Positions 1 to 10,248 are shown, counted from the stretch's first letter. The stretch: 34,774 nt of DNA from a bacterium (GCA_030626045.1 DAOUPS010000001.1:1-34774), one strand, 5' to 3'. Numbers and translations are program-made. Notes: generated by a model from the sequence alone, not told the origin.

Positions 1-464
1 TCTGCCATTCCTTGAGCTGTGGCTTTCCCTTTGAACTTTCTTAAAATTGTTTTCTCTAAAGAACCCGCGTTTACTCCGATTCTTATAGGAATTTTTTTTG
101 CCTTGCATCTTAAAACAACTTTTTCAATTTTGCTCTTTGGCTGGATATTGCCTGGATTTATTCTAACTTTATCAATTCCTTGATTGATAGCTTCTAGCGC
201 CAAATCAGCGGAAAAGTGTATATCAGCTACAAGAGGAATATTGATCTTGGACTTTATAGCCGAGATCGCCTGCGCGGCTTTTTGGTCGGGAACTGCCACT
301 CTAACAATTTCACAGCCGGCTTTTTCAAGCTGTTTGATCTGCGCAACGGTCTGGTTGATATTTCCAGTGTTGGTATTCGTCATTGACTGGACACAGATCG
401 GCTCATGGCCTCCAATTGATACTCTTCCAATTTTGATGACTTTCGTTTGTTTTCTTTTTATCAT
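1..464 (-). CDS. ispG: 4-hydroxy-3-methylbut-2-en-1-yl diphosphate synthase (IspG/GcpE), N-terminal part; 3' end runs off the window
   Basis: Absent from the ORF track because it has no in-window stop. Reverse complement from ATG (462..464) reads MIKRKQTKVIKIGRVSIGGHEPICVQSMTNTNT...IPLVADIHFS...VRINPGNI...IPIRIGVNAGSLEK. This matches conserved IspG motifs QSMTNT, VADIHF, RINPGN and IRIGVNAGSLEK. Confidence 0.9.
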   Translation of the reverse strand, partial: MIKRKQTKVIKIGRVSIGGHEPICVQSMTNTNTGNINQTVAQIKQLEKAGCEIVRVAVPDQKAAQAISAIKSKINIPLVADIHFSADLALEAINQGIDKVRINPGNIQPKSKIEKVVLRCKAKKIPIRIGVNAGSLEKTILRKFKGKATAQGMA

Positions 465-473
465 ATTTTTACA

Positions 474-1625
474 TCAAATGCTGAATTGTCCGTAGCTCTC
501 TTCTGTTATGCTGATTTTTTGTTTCTTTGTTTTTTTCCAAACATTTTGCACTAATCCCATGGAGGCCAGTGTTATTATTAAAAAACTGCCGCCGTAACTC
601 AAAAAAGGAAGTGAGAGTCCGGCAATAGGCATAATACCCAAATTCATCCCTATATTCAAAAAAGTTTGAAAGAATATCATAACGATAACTCCGCCGACAA
701 GGAATTTCCCAAAGATATCCTTCGAAAGATTGATTGTTTTTCCCATCCTCCAAAGGAGAATTCCGAAAAATAGAATAATCAATCCGGTGCCAATCAATCC
801 GCTTTCTTCGGCAATCGCCGCATAAATGAAATCTGTATGCTTTTCCGGCAAAAAATTGAGCTGGCTTTGGGAGCCGTGGCCCAGCCCCTTGCCTGTTATT
901 CCACCGGAACCAATCGCGATAACTGATTGAATAACATTATACCCGCTCCCGAGAGGATCCCTTCCCGGATCCATAAATGATTGTATTCTGTCTTTTTGGT
1001 AATCATTCAGAATCGTGCCCCATCCTAATATAATTATCACAAGGCCAGCTAAAATAATTCCCATAATATATTGCTTTTTTACTCCGGCAAGAAATAGCAT
1101 GCCAAACCAAATTACCGCCATAACAACAGCAGAACCCATATCGGGCTGCAGTATGGCAAGAGTAACTGGAATCAGAGTGTATATGAATGATACTGCTATT
1201 TTATTTAAAGTAATTTGCGCCGGTATTTTTGAGAAATATTTCGCCAGCGAAATTATAAGAAATAATTTCATTAATTCCACCGGTTGAATATTGAAAATGC
1301 CTAAATTGAACCAGCCAGTTGTTCCGCGTATGTTCATTCCAAACAATAAAACAGCTATTAGCGAAATAACACCGACTGCGTAAAGAAAGCCACTGTAGCT
1401 TTTCCAAATTTGATAGTCAGCAGTGCTAAAAACCGCAAATGCCATAAGTGCCACAACAAGAAAAATAACTTGTTTTTGAAAATTGTTAAACCCTTCACGT
1501 TCAGTCTCAAGAGAAAGTGAAAATATGGCAATAAGTCCGGACACGAGCAGAAATGACATTGCCGCAAGAGATATCCAATCAAAGTCAAGTTGTTTGACGA
1601 CTTTTGCTAGCACTTGGGTAGTCAA
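474..1625 (-). CDS. rodA: SEDS-family peptidoglycan glycosyltransferase (RodA/FtsW)
   Basis: 383 aa and polytopic. The motif GSGGITGKGLGHGSQSQLNFLPEKHTDFIYAAIAEESGLIG is closer to the RodA signature (QSQL.FLPE.HTDFI) than to FtsW. The rodA versus ftsW assignment is tentative. Apparent TTG start. Confidence 0.85.
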   Translation of the reverse strand: MTTQVLAKVVKQLDFDWISLAAMSFLLVSGLIAIFSLSLETEREGFNNFQKQVIFLVVALMAFAVFSTADYQIWKSYSGFLYAVGVISLIAVLLFGMNIRGTTGWFNLGIFNIQPVELMKLFLIISLAKYFSKIPAQITLNKIAVSFIYTLIPVTLAILQPDMGSAVVMAVIWFGMLFLAGVKKQYIMGIILAGLVIIILGWGTILNDYQKDRIQSFMDPGRDPLGSGYNVIQSVIAIGSGGITGKGLGHGSQSQLNFLPEKHTDFIYAAIAEESGLIGTGLIILFFGILLWRMGKTINLSKDIFGKFLVGGVIVMIFFQTFLNIGMNLGIMPIAGLSLPFLSYGGSFLIITLASMGLVQNVWKKTKKQKISITEESYGQFSI

Positions 1626-1633
1626 TATGTTTT

Positions 1634-1648
1634 ATGAGATTGTTTACC
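1634..1648. repeat. Degenerate copy of the intergenic ATGGRA-N4-TYCC motif (ATGAGATTGTTTACC)
   Basis: Lies 8 nt upstream of the rodA-family start. Weakest copy of the motif family. Confidence 0.25.
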
Positions 1649-1675
1649 AACTAAATTAGTTTGAAAACAGTCCTA

Positions 1676-2746
1676 TTATAGATTATTTTCCGCTTTACGT
1701 TGTTGATGCTCGTCAAATGTTTTTGAATAAATAATCTCTTCGGTTTTGGAATTTGAAAGAAAGTAATAAAAACCGGATTCTTGCGGAAGAATTGACGCGC
1801 GGATAGACGCAAAGCCCGGATTAGAAATTGGTCCCGGAGGAAGACCGGGGTTAATATATGTATTGTAAGGAGAATCACATTGCGTGTCCTCATAGGAGAA
1901 TTGGGGCTTGTCAACATTGAGAAAATACGCCAATGTCGCACAGCTTTGTAAAGGAAATTTATCATCAAGCCGCTTCCAAAAAATTCCAGAAACCAGTCTT
2001 CTGTCTTTATCTGTTTTTACTTCTCTCTCAATGATCGAAGCCAAAGTGATTACGTCGTGGAGTGATTTCCCTTGAGACACGACCTCATCTTTCAGTTCTT
2101 GATTAACTTTTTTGTTGAAATTATTAAGAAATTTACTTGCCATCGTTGCCCCGGTTTCTTCTTCATCAATAAAGTATGTATCTGGAAACAAGTACCCCTC
2201 CATATCTACTCCCTGAGGAATATTCCTTAAAAAGCCGTATTTTTTACTAAACACATCGCAAGAGCAATCCTCTTTATTCAGGCATTTACAATTAACAATG
2301 TCTTCAAATTCATCGGCGATACTCGGCTTCTTGTTTTTTAGCGCATCAATAATTTTTTTGTTGGTATATCCTTCCGGAATTGTCAGTTTTAATGTTTCCG
2401 CGATAATATCGCCATTACTAAATTTTTCAACCATTTGGCCAATTGTCATATTCGGTGCTAACTCATACCCTCCGGCTTGCAAAGAATTGGCAGCTTTAGT
2501 CTTCCAAACATAGAAATAAAAAAAGGTTTTATCTTTGATTAATCCTTCTTTTTCAAGATTTTCACCAATTTCTGTGGAACCGTCGCCTTCTTTTATTTCG
2601 AATTTTTGAATAATATTTGAAGAGCTGGCTGTGCCGTTGAACGCTTGACCGTTAAACCACGAACAAGCCAAGCCAAATACAGCCAGAAGAACCAAAAACG
2701 AAAAAATGGAAATAATAAAAAACTTTTTCATTTGGAATAAATGCAC
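1676..2746 (-). CDS. mltG: Endolytic murein transglycosylase MltG (YceG-like)
   Basis: 356 aa with an N-terminal TM segment and a YceG-like body (TIPEGYTNKKI, EGYLFPDTY, LASIIEREV, SPYNTYINPGLPPGPISNPG). The ORF opens with GTG at 2746. ATG at 2731 (MKKFF...) is the more likely start. Confidence 0.85.
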   Translation of the reverse strand: MHLFQMKKFFIISIFSFLVLLAVFGLACSWFNGQAFNGTASSSNIIQKFEIKEGDGSTEIGENLEKEGLIKDKTFFYFYVWKTKAANSLQAGGYELAPNMTIGQMVEKFSNGDIIAETLKLTIPEGYTNKKIIDALKNKKPSIADEFEDIVNCKCLNKEDCSCDVFSKKYGFLRNIPQGVDMEGYLFPDTYFIDEEETGATMASKFLNNFNKKVNQELKDEVVSQGKSLHDVITLASIIEREVKTDKDRRLVSGIFWKRLDDKFPLQSCATLAYFLNVDKPQFSYEDTQCDSPYNTYINPGLPPGPISNPGFASIRASILPQESGFYYFLSNSKTEEIIYSKTFDEHQQRKAENNL

Positions 2747-2748
2747 AA

Positions 2749-3021
2749 TTAATATTTTATATCAAAATTTGAATAATTTTGCAAATTATCGTTTTGTTCT
2801 TTATGTATCGACTCAACATTAGAACTTGATGGCCCGTTATGGCACCAGGCAACAAAAGCATCAAGAACTTTTTGCTTTCCTTCGGCTTCAATTGAAACAG
2901 TTCCGTCAGAGTTATTCTTAATCCATCCCTGTATTCCAAGTTCTTCCGCTTTTTCTTTTGCGCTTAAACGAAAAAAAACCCCTTGGACTCTTCCGTAGAT
3001 TGTTATTGACAAATGTTTCAT
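2749..3021 (-). CDS. acyP: Acylphosphatase
   Basis: 90 aa. IYGRVQGVFFRLSAKEKAEELGIQGWIKNNSDGTVSIEAEG is the classic acylphosphatase signature (GRVQGV.FR ... G.V.N..DG.V). Its start overlaps the murD stop by 4 nt (ATGA). Confidence 0.85.
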   Translation of the reverse strand: MKHLSITIYGRVQGVFFRLSAKEKAEELGIQGWIKNNSDGTVSIEAEGKQKVLDAFVAWCHNGPSSSNVESIHKEQNDNLQNYSNFDIKY

Positions 3022-4457
3022 TTCATACTAGTGCCACGAATTTTTTTTACGGCATTTATAAACTTTTTTCCTCTTTCAAATTCATTGGCAAACATTCCAA
3101 AACTTGCAAATCCGGGAGACAAAAGAATGGTATCTCCATCTTTGGCATTTCGAAACGCGTCAAACACTGCTTGTTCAATGTTATCATAAGTGTTGAAAAC
3201 CCTATTAATTCCTCCACGTTCGTCAATTCTCTTAAAAAGCTTTGCGGTAGCGGTTCCCTTCAATAAATAGATGCTTTTGATATTATTTGCTTCGGAAATT
3301 TTTTCCGCAAAATTGTCCAATACAAGCTTCTTATCTGATCCTCCGCAAATTAAATGCATTGGCCCGATAACGGAATTAATTCCGGCTATGGCCGACTCGG
3401 GAGTCGTGGCAGTCGTATCATTGATAAATTTTCTTCCGTCGATCTTGTCTATTGTCTCAAAACGATGCGCCACTCCTTTGAATTCCTTAAGCGTTTTTTT
3501 CATAGATTCCGGAGAAATGCCAATAGATAATCCGACTGCGCACATGGCACAGGCATTATAAAGGTTGTGGGAGCCTTTTACTGCGATCTCTGACGTTGGT
3601 ATTACAGCTGTAGTGTTTCCATCTTCTTTTAGATATATTTGCCCTTCTTTAACAAAGCTGCAGATGGCGTTTGGATCCGGCGACAATGAAAAAAAGATCG
3701 TTTTGCCTTTCACACTTTCAAACAACACTTTCGACATTTCATCATCAAAATTGAAAATTGATACGTCGTCTTTTTTTTGAAACAAAAGAATGTTTCTTTT
3801 ATCAGCAATGTAATCATCCATTGAATCATAATAATTCAGATGATCCTGATAAATATTCGTTATAAGAGAAATATGCGGACTTTTTTCTACTCGCGCTAAA
3901 GCCGAACAGCGCCACGAGGACATTTCAAATACGACCCATGTCTTTTTTGTTATAGCATCAAGTTTTGCCACAACAGGCTCTTGCCCTATTCCGACATTAA
4001 CCACCTTCAAACCCTCATATTCTAACATTTTTGAGATCAGCGTCGATGTTGTTGTTTTGCCTTTCGTGCCGGTTATTCCGATAATATTATTTGATTCGCA
4101 CAATCTGAAAAATAAACTCGAATCCATTTCAACTGGCACTTGGTGTTCAATGGCTGTTTTAATATACTTATTGCTCCAGGGAATAATAGGATTTTTGACT
4201 ACCATATCAACACTGGTGAAGTCTTCCATCCTGTGCTGTTCCGTGACTATCGTAACGTTTTTAAATTTTTTAATTTCGCCTATCGAAGCCTCAAGATCAT
4301 TCTCTGACTTTTTGTCTGTTGCAATCACTTTCGCGCCTTGCTTAGCAAGCCATTTGATCATCGAAACACTTCCTCCGTGCAGTCCAATGCCCATCACTGT
4401 TATTTTTTTGTTTTTGAAAGTTATATCAGTCATTGAGATATTATGAGGCTGTTCCAT
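3018..4457 (-). CDS. murD: UDP-N-acetylmuramoylalanine--D-glutamate ligase
   Basis: 479 aa. N-terminal Rossmann motif VMGIGLHGGS, Mur ligase P-loop ITGTKGKTTTSTLI, and C-terminal Mur ligase domain (HRFE...INDTTATTPES). Confidence 0.9.
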   Translation of the reverse strand: MEQPHNISMTDITFKNKKITVMGIGLHGGSVSMIKWLAKQGAKVIATDKKSENDLEASIGEIKKFKNVTIVTEQHRMEDFTSVDMVVKNPIIPWSNKYIKTAIEHQVPVEMDSSLFFRLCESNNIIGITGTKGKTTTSTLISKMLEYEGLKVVNVGIGQEPVVAKLDAITKKTWVVFEMSSWRCSALARVEKSPHISLITNIYQDHLNYYDSMDDYIADKRNILLFQKKDDVSIFNFDDEMSKVLFESVKGKTIFFSLSPDPNAICSFVKEGQIYLKEDGNTTAVIPTSEIAVKGSHNLYNACAMCAVGLSIGISPESMKKTLKEFKGVAHRFETIDKIDGRKFINDTTATTPESAIAGINSVIGPMHLICGGSDKKLVLDNFAEKISEANNIKSIYLLKGTATAKLFKRIDERGGINRVFNTYDNIEQAVFDAFRNAKDGDTILLSPGFASFGMFANEFERGKKFINAVKKIRGTSMK

Positions 4458-5227
4458 TATGAACCAAGCCGATGGATTTTAATATTCGGTTTGTTTCCAA
4501 TTATGTTTTTTACAAAACTTTCATTGTGCTCACTCCAATCAGAAAAATAAAAGATGTCATCGCCATCTAAATGCTTATCGTGGCAGCCATCTTTTACTTG
4601 TAGCGCTACCTCTTGGGCAGCATTTATTATTTTTACTTTTCCATTAAAGACCGTTTTGATGATGTTTTTCATGAGAGGATAATGCGTACATCCCAAAATA
4701 ACACACTCTATGTCTTTTTTCACGAACCTTGAAAGATATTTTTTTGTGATTTCACGCAACAATCTGTCTTCCTGCAACCCTTCTTCAATAAACGGAACAA
4801 ATAACGGACACGCTTGTGAATACATTTTTATTCTCGGTAAAAGTTCCAGAAGCGGATACTCATAGGCTTTACTCTTAATTGTTGCTCTGGTGCCGATAAT
4901 TAACGCTCTGCTGATCTTCTCGATGTGTATCTTTTTGACACACGGATCAATTACATCGTAAAAGATCATCGACGGATAGCGCTCTTGAAGATATTCTCTC
5001 GTGAGCGCCGATGCGGTGTTACAGGCAATAACTATCTTCTTCGCCCCCTTTGAAACTAGAAAACGTACGATCTCTTCTGAATATTTCTGAATCGTCTCCT
5101 GGCTTTTATTGCCCCACGGAACACGCGCAGTATCACCAAAATATATTATTCGTTGACGCGGAACCAATTTCTTTATTTCTTTCGCTACAGTAAGACCTCC
5201 TACTCCGCTGTCAAAAATTCCTAGCAT
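4457..5227 (-). CDS. murI: Glutamate racemase
   Basis: 256 aa. GIFDSGVGGLTV, CNTAS and GCTHYP catalytic-cysteine motifs. Shares 1 nt with the murD start. Confidence 0.9.
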   Translation of the reverse strand: MLGIFDSGVGGLTVAKEIKKLVPRQRIIYFGDTARVPWGNKSQETIQKYSEEIVRFLVSKGAKKIVIACNTASALTREYLQERYPSMIFYDVIDPCVKKIHIEKISRALIIGTRATIKSKAYEYPLLELLPRIKMYSQACPLFVPFIEEGLQEDRLLREITKKYLSRFVKKDIECVILGCTHYPLMKNIIKTVFNGKVKIINAAQEVALQVKDGCHDKHLDGDDIFYFSDWSEHNESFVKNIIGNKPNIKIHRLGS

Positions 5228-5233
5228 ATTTTT

Positions 5234-5247
5234 ATGGGATTGTTCCC
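5234..5247. repeat. Intergenic ATGGRA-N4-TYCC motif copy (ATGGGATTGTTCCC)
   Basis: Sits in the 24-nt gap-murI spacer, 6 nt upstream of the murI ATG and 4 nt after the gap stop. Confidence 0.4.
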
Positions 5248-5251
5248 GCTA

Positions 5252-6250
5252 TCATATTCTTGAGATCATTACAGCCAGATCAACCAGCCGATTTGAATAC
5301 CCCCATTCATTGTCATACCATCCGATAGCTTTCACTAAATTACCCGCTGTTACTTTCGTAAGAGGCGCGTCAACAATACAGGAATGCGCATCTCCAACCA
5401 CGTCATGTGAAACAAGAGGCTCTGCCGTAACTTTCATTATTCCTTTCAATTGCCCGTCAGCGGCTTTTTTAAAAGCGTCATTTATTTCTTTTTCATTTGT
5501 TTCTTGTTTTAAAACTGCAACCAGATCTGTGACTGAACCAACTAATGTAGGAACACGAAAGGCCATCCCGTCAAAAATATCTTCAAGCTGAGGAAGCGTT
5601 TTTGCCGCGGCAATGGCAGCGCCGGTGGTCGATGGAACAATATTCTGAGCGGCCGCTCGTCCTCTGCGAACATCTTTTTTCGCCGGACCGTCAACAAGAG
5701 CCTGTGTTGAGGTGTAGCTGTGGATCGTTGACATTAATGCTTTTTTAATTCCGAAAGTTTCATCCAGAACCTTAGCCATTGGAGCAATGCAATTTGTCGT
5801 GCATGACGCCATGGATAAAATATCATCACCCGAAACAATTTCGTCCTCATTGCATCCGATCACAATGGTTTTGATCGTATCGTCTTTTGTTGGAGCCGAT
5901 ATTATAACTCTTTTTGCACCGGCACTAATATGTCCTTTGGTTCCTTCGCGATCCTTAAAAACGCCGGTACATTCCAAAACTACATCAACACCCAGCTCAT
6001 TCCATGGCAGATCTAATGGATCTTTTTCGCACATTATTCTTATCTCTTTATCATCAACTTTGAGAATATTGCCATCAACGGCTACTTCTTTTTGGTATAC
6101 GCCATAGGCTGTATCATATTTCAGAAGATACGCAAGATTATTGATATCGCCAAGATCATTTATTGCCACAATCTCAACGTCAGGATGTTCAAGGGCAACT
6201 TTAAGCACCGGCCTTCCAATGCGGCCAAAACCGTTTATGGCTACTTTCAT
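5252..6250 (-). CDS. gap: Type I glyceraldehyde-3-phosphate dehydrogenase
   Basis: 332 aa. INGFGRIGR NAD-binding motif, active-site SCTTNC, and C-terminal WYDNEWGYSNR. Confidence 0.95.
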   Translation of the reverse strand: MKVAINGFGRIGRPVLKVALEHPDVEIVAINDLGDINNLAYLLKYDTAYGVYQKEVAVDGNILKVDDKEIRIMCEKDPLDLPWNELGVDVVLECTGVFKDREGTKGHISAGAKRVIISAPTKDDTIKTIVIGCNEDEIVSGDDILSMASCTTNCIAPMAKVLDETFGIKKALMSTIHSYTSTQALVDGPAKKDVRRGRAAAQNIVPSTTGAAIAAAKTLPQLEDIFDGMAFRVPTLVGSVTDLVAVLKQETNEKEINDAFKKAADGQLKGIMKVTAEPLVSHDVVGDAHSCIVDAPLTKVTAGNLVKAIGWYDNEWGYSNRLVDLAVMISRI

Positions 6251-6259
6251 ATTGATTTT

Positions 6260-6757
6260 TTACAATTTATAATTGTTTAAAGCCTTACCGATTATTTCAA
6301 TAGAATCAACTGAATTACAGAATTTTATGTTCTCTATTTCACTTAATCCGATCCACTCTGCCTTCTGCGCATATTTTTTTTCATATTTATCAAAATTCCT
6401 TGTTGAAATTCTACCACTATTTTTAGCACACAAAAAATATATTAGGATCGAATTAACAGCTTCCTCTTCAAAAGGAGTAATAAAAAATGATGTCTGGCAC
6501 TCGATTAATTTCTTCGGTTTGATTCTAAGCCCTGTTTCTTCTAAAAACTCCCTTTTTAGCGCTTCTCTGATCGTTTCGTTGATTTTTATGCCACCGCCCG
6601 GAAAATCATATCCATCCCATTGTCTTGAAAGAAGTATTTTGTTTTGTTTAATTAAAATTCCATACACAGAAGGACGGAACGCCACTTTTTTGGAATCTAC
6701 AAGATATTCTTTTCCTTTAATATCCCGGCACTTTATTTTAATCTCTTTGCTTGCCAT
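6260..6757 (-). CDS. NUDIX hydrolase
   Basis: 165 aa with the Nudix box GGGIKINETIREALKREFLEETGL (GX5EX7REUXEEXGU). Confidence 0.8.
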   Translation of the reverse strand: MASKEIKIKCRDIKGKEYLVDSKKVAFRPSVYGILIKQNKILLSRQWDGYDFPGGGIKINETIREALKREFLEETGLRIKPKKLIECQTSFFITPFEEEAVNSILIYFLCAKNSGRISTRNFDKYEKKYAQKAEWIGLSEIENIKFCNSVDSIEIIGKALNNYKL

Positions 6758-6763
6758 TTTAGT

Positions 6764-8770
<2,007 letters not shown>

Positions 8771-8786
8771 TTATATTCTGCTATTG

Positions 8787-8800
8787 ATGGAAACGATCCC
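8787..8800. repeat. Intergenic ATGGRA-N4-TYCC motif copy (ATGGAAACGATCCC)
   Basis: Lies 25 nt upstream of the gyrB ATG, immediately beside the long hairpin at 8803..8901. Confidence 0.4.
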
Positions 8801-8802
8801 TT

Positions 8803-8901
8803 AGAGCCTGTTTGAGAACCCTCTTCCGTCGCGATCCCGCCCCGGCGGGATAGCTAAAATTTGGAAATTGCAGCAGGATATGGGGTTTTCAAACAGGCTC
8901 T
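8803..8901. other. 99-nt long-stem hairpin; candidate structured RNA or REP-like palindromic element
   Basis: Arms 8803..8821 (AGAGCCTGTTTGAGAACCC) and 8883..8901 (GGGTTTTCAAACAGGCTCT) pair over 19 bp. The only non-Watson-Crick position (8816/8888) is G.U in a plus-strand RNA and C.A in a minus-strand RNA. The 61-nt interior holds a GC-rich hairpin, ATCCCGC-CCCG-GCGGGAT. Confidence 0.35.
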
Positions 8902-8907
8902 TAATAA

Positions 8908-9297
8908 TTAACGCGCAAGAAAATACAGTTCAATCATCATCATGGCCCCAATTGCCAATAATCCATCCCACCAAATAAGTATTCTGAAACTTTGCAGTAT
9001 GATTATAAAAATAAGCGCGCCTGAAAGCAAAAAGCCTTGCCGAAAAGAAACTCCTATGTTTATGTGCTGGACATCCTCATCAGCCATTGCTTTTCGCCGT
9101 ATCCAATATAGAATTAACGAAAAAAAACCTGTAAAAAATAGACTTAAGCTGACATAGAAAGCTCCTATGTTAACAATATTCTCTTGGAGCGAATCAGTAT
9201 TGTTATAAGGGCTTAGAAATAATACTATTGAAACAGCCGCCCCAAAGCCCAAAGTAACAAGAAACCACATTCCTAATCGAAATGTTCTTCCTTTCAT
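8908..9297 (-). CDS. Small integral membrane protein, function unknown
   Basis: 129 aa with about four hydrophobic helices. I recognise no family. Codon usage resembles the neighbours. Confidence 0.6.
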   Translation of the reverse strand: MKGRTFRLGMWFLVTLGFGAAVSIVLFLSPYNNTDSLQENIVNIGAFYVSLSLFFTGFFSLILYWIRRKAMADEDVQHINIGVSFRQGFLLSGALIFIIILQSFRILIWWDGLLAIGAMMMIELYFLAR

Positions 9298-9398
9298 TCT
9301 TTATTTTTGATATTTTTTACATTTGGCGCACTGAATAATTACACTCAGCACTCCTTTATTGTAGCTTATTCTTGGAATAAACTCAATGCCTTTAAGGT

Positions 9399-9444
9399 TG
9401 AAATTTTGAATTTTGATTGCCAGCCAGAGGCTGGAATTTTTAAT
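9399..9444. repeat. Copy 1 of a 46-bp direct repeat with an embedded hairpin
   Basis: TGAAATTTTGAATTTTGATTGCCAGCCAGAGGCTGGAATTTTTAAT, identical to 10099..10151 apart from one extra ATTTTGA unit there. Contains CCAGCC-AGA-GGCTGG followed by AATTTTT on the plus strand. Its near edge (9399) is 102 positions from the start-codon base at 9297. Confidence 0.8.
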
Positions 9445-9549
9445 GTCTTAATTGGCTTTTCATGTAAAAAGGAAAGTTTAACCAGATAATTAGAGAAGCT
9501 CCCATAATAATTCATGAGAGCTTCACGTCTGGTAGAAAAAAATCATTTC

Positions 9550-10002
9550 TTAGTCTTTTTCAAACGACGGGATTCCAAGTATCACTTGAACCGTGCCAAA
9601 AGACTGTGGTCTTCCAGCTTCCTTGCGCTTGAGCTCAACGATCTCCCAGCCGCTACGGATTCCAATTTCGCTTGATTCGAGGGAAGTGGCAGAGAGCTTC
9701 TCCCAAATATGTATCCAAAACAAATTTCGGCAAATTTCGGATCTTCTCATAACAACTGCGACCACACTACCATCTGCACTATCACTAAATACTCCTTCGG
9801 CCATCTTCTTTATCGCCTCAGCTTCGAAGCGCTCACTAAGAGTCCAAAGTCTTTTGGCATGGTCATCAGCTGTAGCAACGAGTTTTTCGGATTTTGTGTC
9901 AGAATCTATGTCCCCAATAGGACTAACGAGATCCTCCTCCCGAATCTCCTCTAATAGTATTGGAATTTCTTCAATAAAAGGTACTTCTGTTTTCTTTGGC
10001 AT
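9550..10002 (-). CDS. Hypothetical acidic protein, 150 aa, no recognisable family
   Basis: Clean ORF with ATG at 10002 preceded by AAAGGAGG (GGAGG at 10011..10015, 8-nt spacing). This is one of only four strong SD sites in the window. Flanked by the 46-bp direct repeat. Confidence 0.65.
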   Translation of the reverse strand: MPKKTEVPFIEEIPILLEEIREEDLVSPIGDIDSDTKSEKLVATADDHAKRLWTLSERFEAEAIKKMAEGVFSDSADGSVVAVVMRRSEICRNLFWIHIWEKLSATSLESSEIGIRSGWEIVELKRKEAGRPQSFGTVQVILGIPSFEKD

Positions 10003-10098
10003 TTCTCGATCCTCCTTTCATTTTTCCAGCCAGACGTTTCACTCTACCACTCAAGAAAAAAAAGTCAACAGCAAACCCTCTGCCTCTAAAGCTGAGGC

Positions 10099-10151
10099 TG
10101 AAATTTTGAATTTTGAATTTTGATTGCCAGCCAGAGGCTGGAATTTTTAAT
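10099..10151. repeat. Copy 2 of the 46-bp direct repeat, with one extra ATTTTGA unit (53 bp)
   Basis: See copy 1. Its near edge (10099) is 97 positions from the start-codon base at 10002. It is followed by further AT-rich short tandem repeats up to 10248. Confidence 0.8.
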
Positions 10152-10248
10152 TAAAATTTGAAAATTTGTTCATTCATTTTAAATTTCAAATTGTAAATTT
10201 CAAATTACTCCCTAATATTTGATACCAGATACTTGATACTAGAATCCC

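Noticed and set aside
184-495. 103-aa plus-strand ORF at the left edge
   Set aside because: It lies entirely antisense to the clearly conserved ispG reading frame (1..464, minus). It is a shadow ORF with no start context.
5252-6250. Alternative genetic code (UGA recoding, as in some candidate phyla)
   Set aside because: All conserved genes are full length under the standard code, and gap terminates at a TGA at the expected position.
8803-8901. Small SRP (4.5S) RNA
   Set aside because: It is a long hairpin of about the right size. However, neither strand has the GNRA-capped helix 8 with the flanking GGAA/AGCA asymmetric-loop motifs.
9399-10151. CRISPR array or sigma-54 promoter (TGGCA) within the 46-bp repeat
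   Set aside because: There are only two copies, separated by about 650 bp that contain an SD-led ORF, so it is not a repeat-spacer array. The -12 TTGC element at the required spacing is missing, so it is not a sigma-54 promoter.
10003-10248. Replication origin, considered because of AT-rich repeats near gyrB
   Set aside because: I could see no DnaA-box-like TTATCCACA sequences, and there is no dnaA or dnaN nearby. Gene orientation does not switch here.
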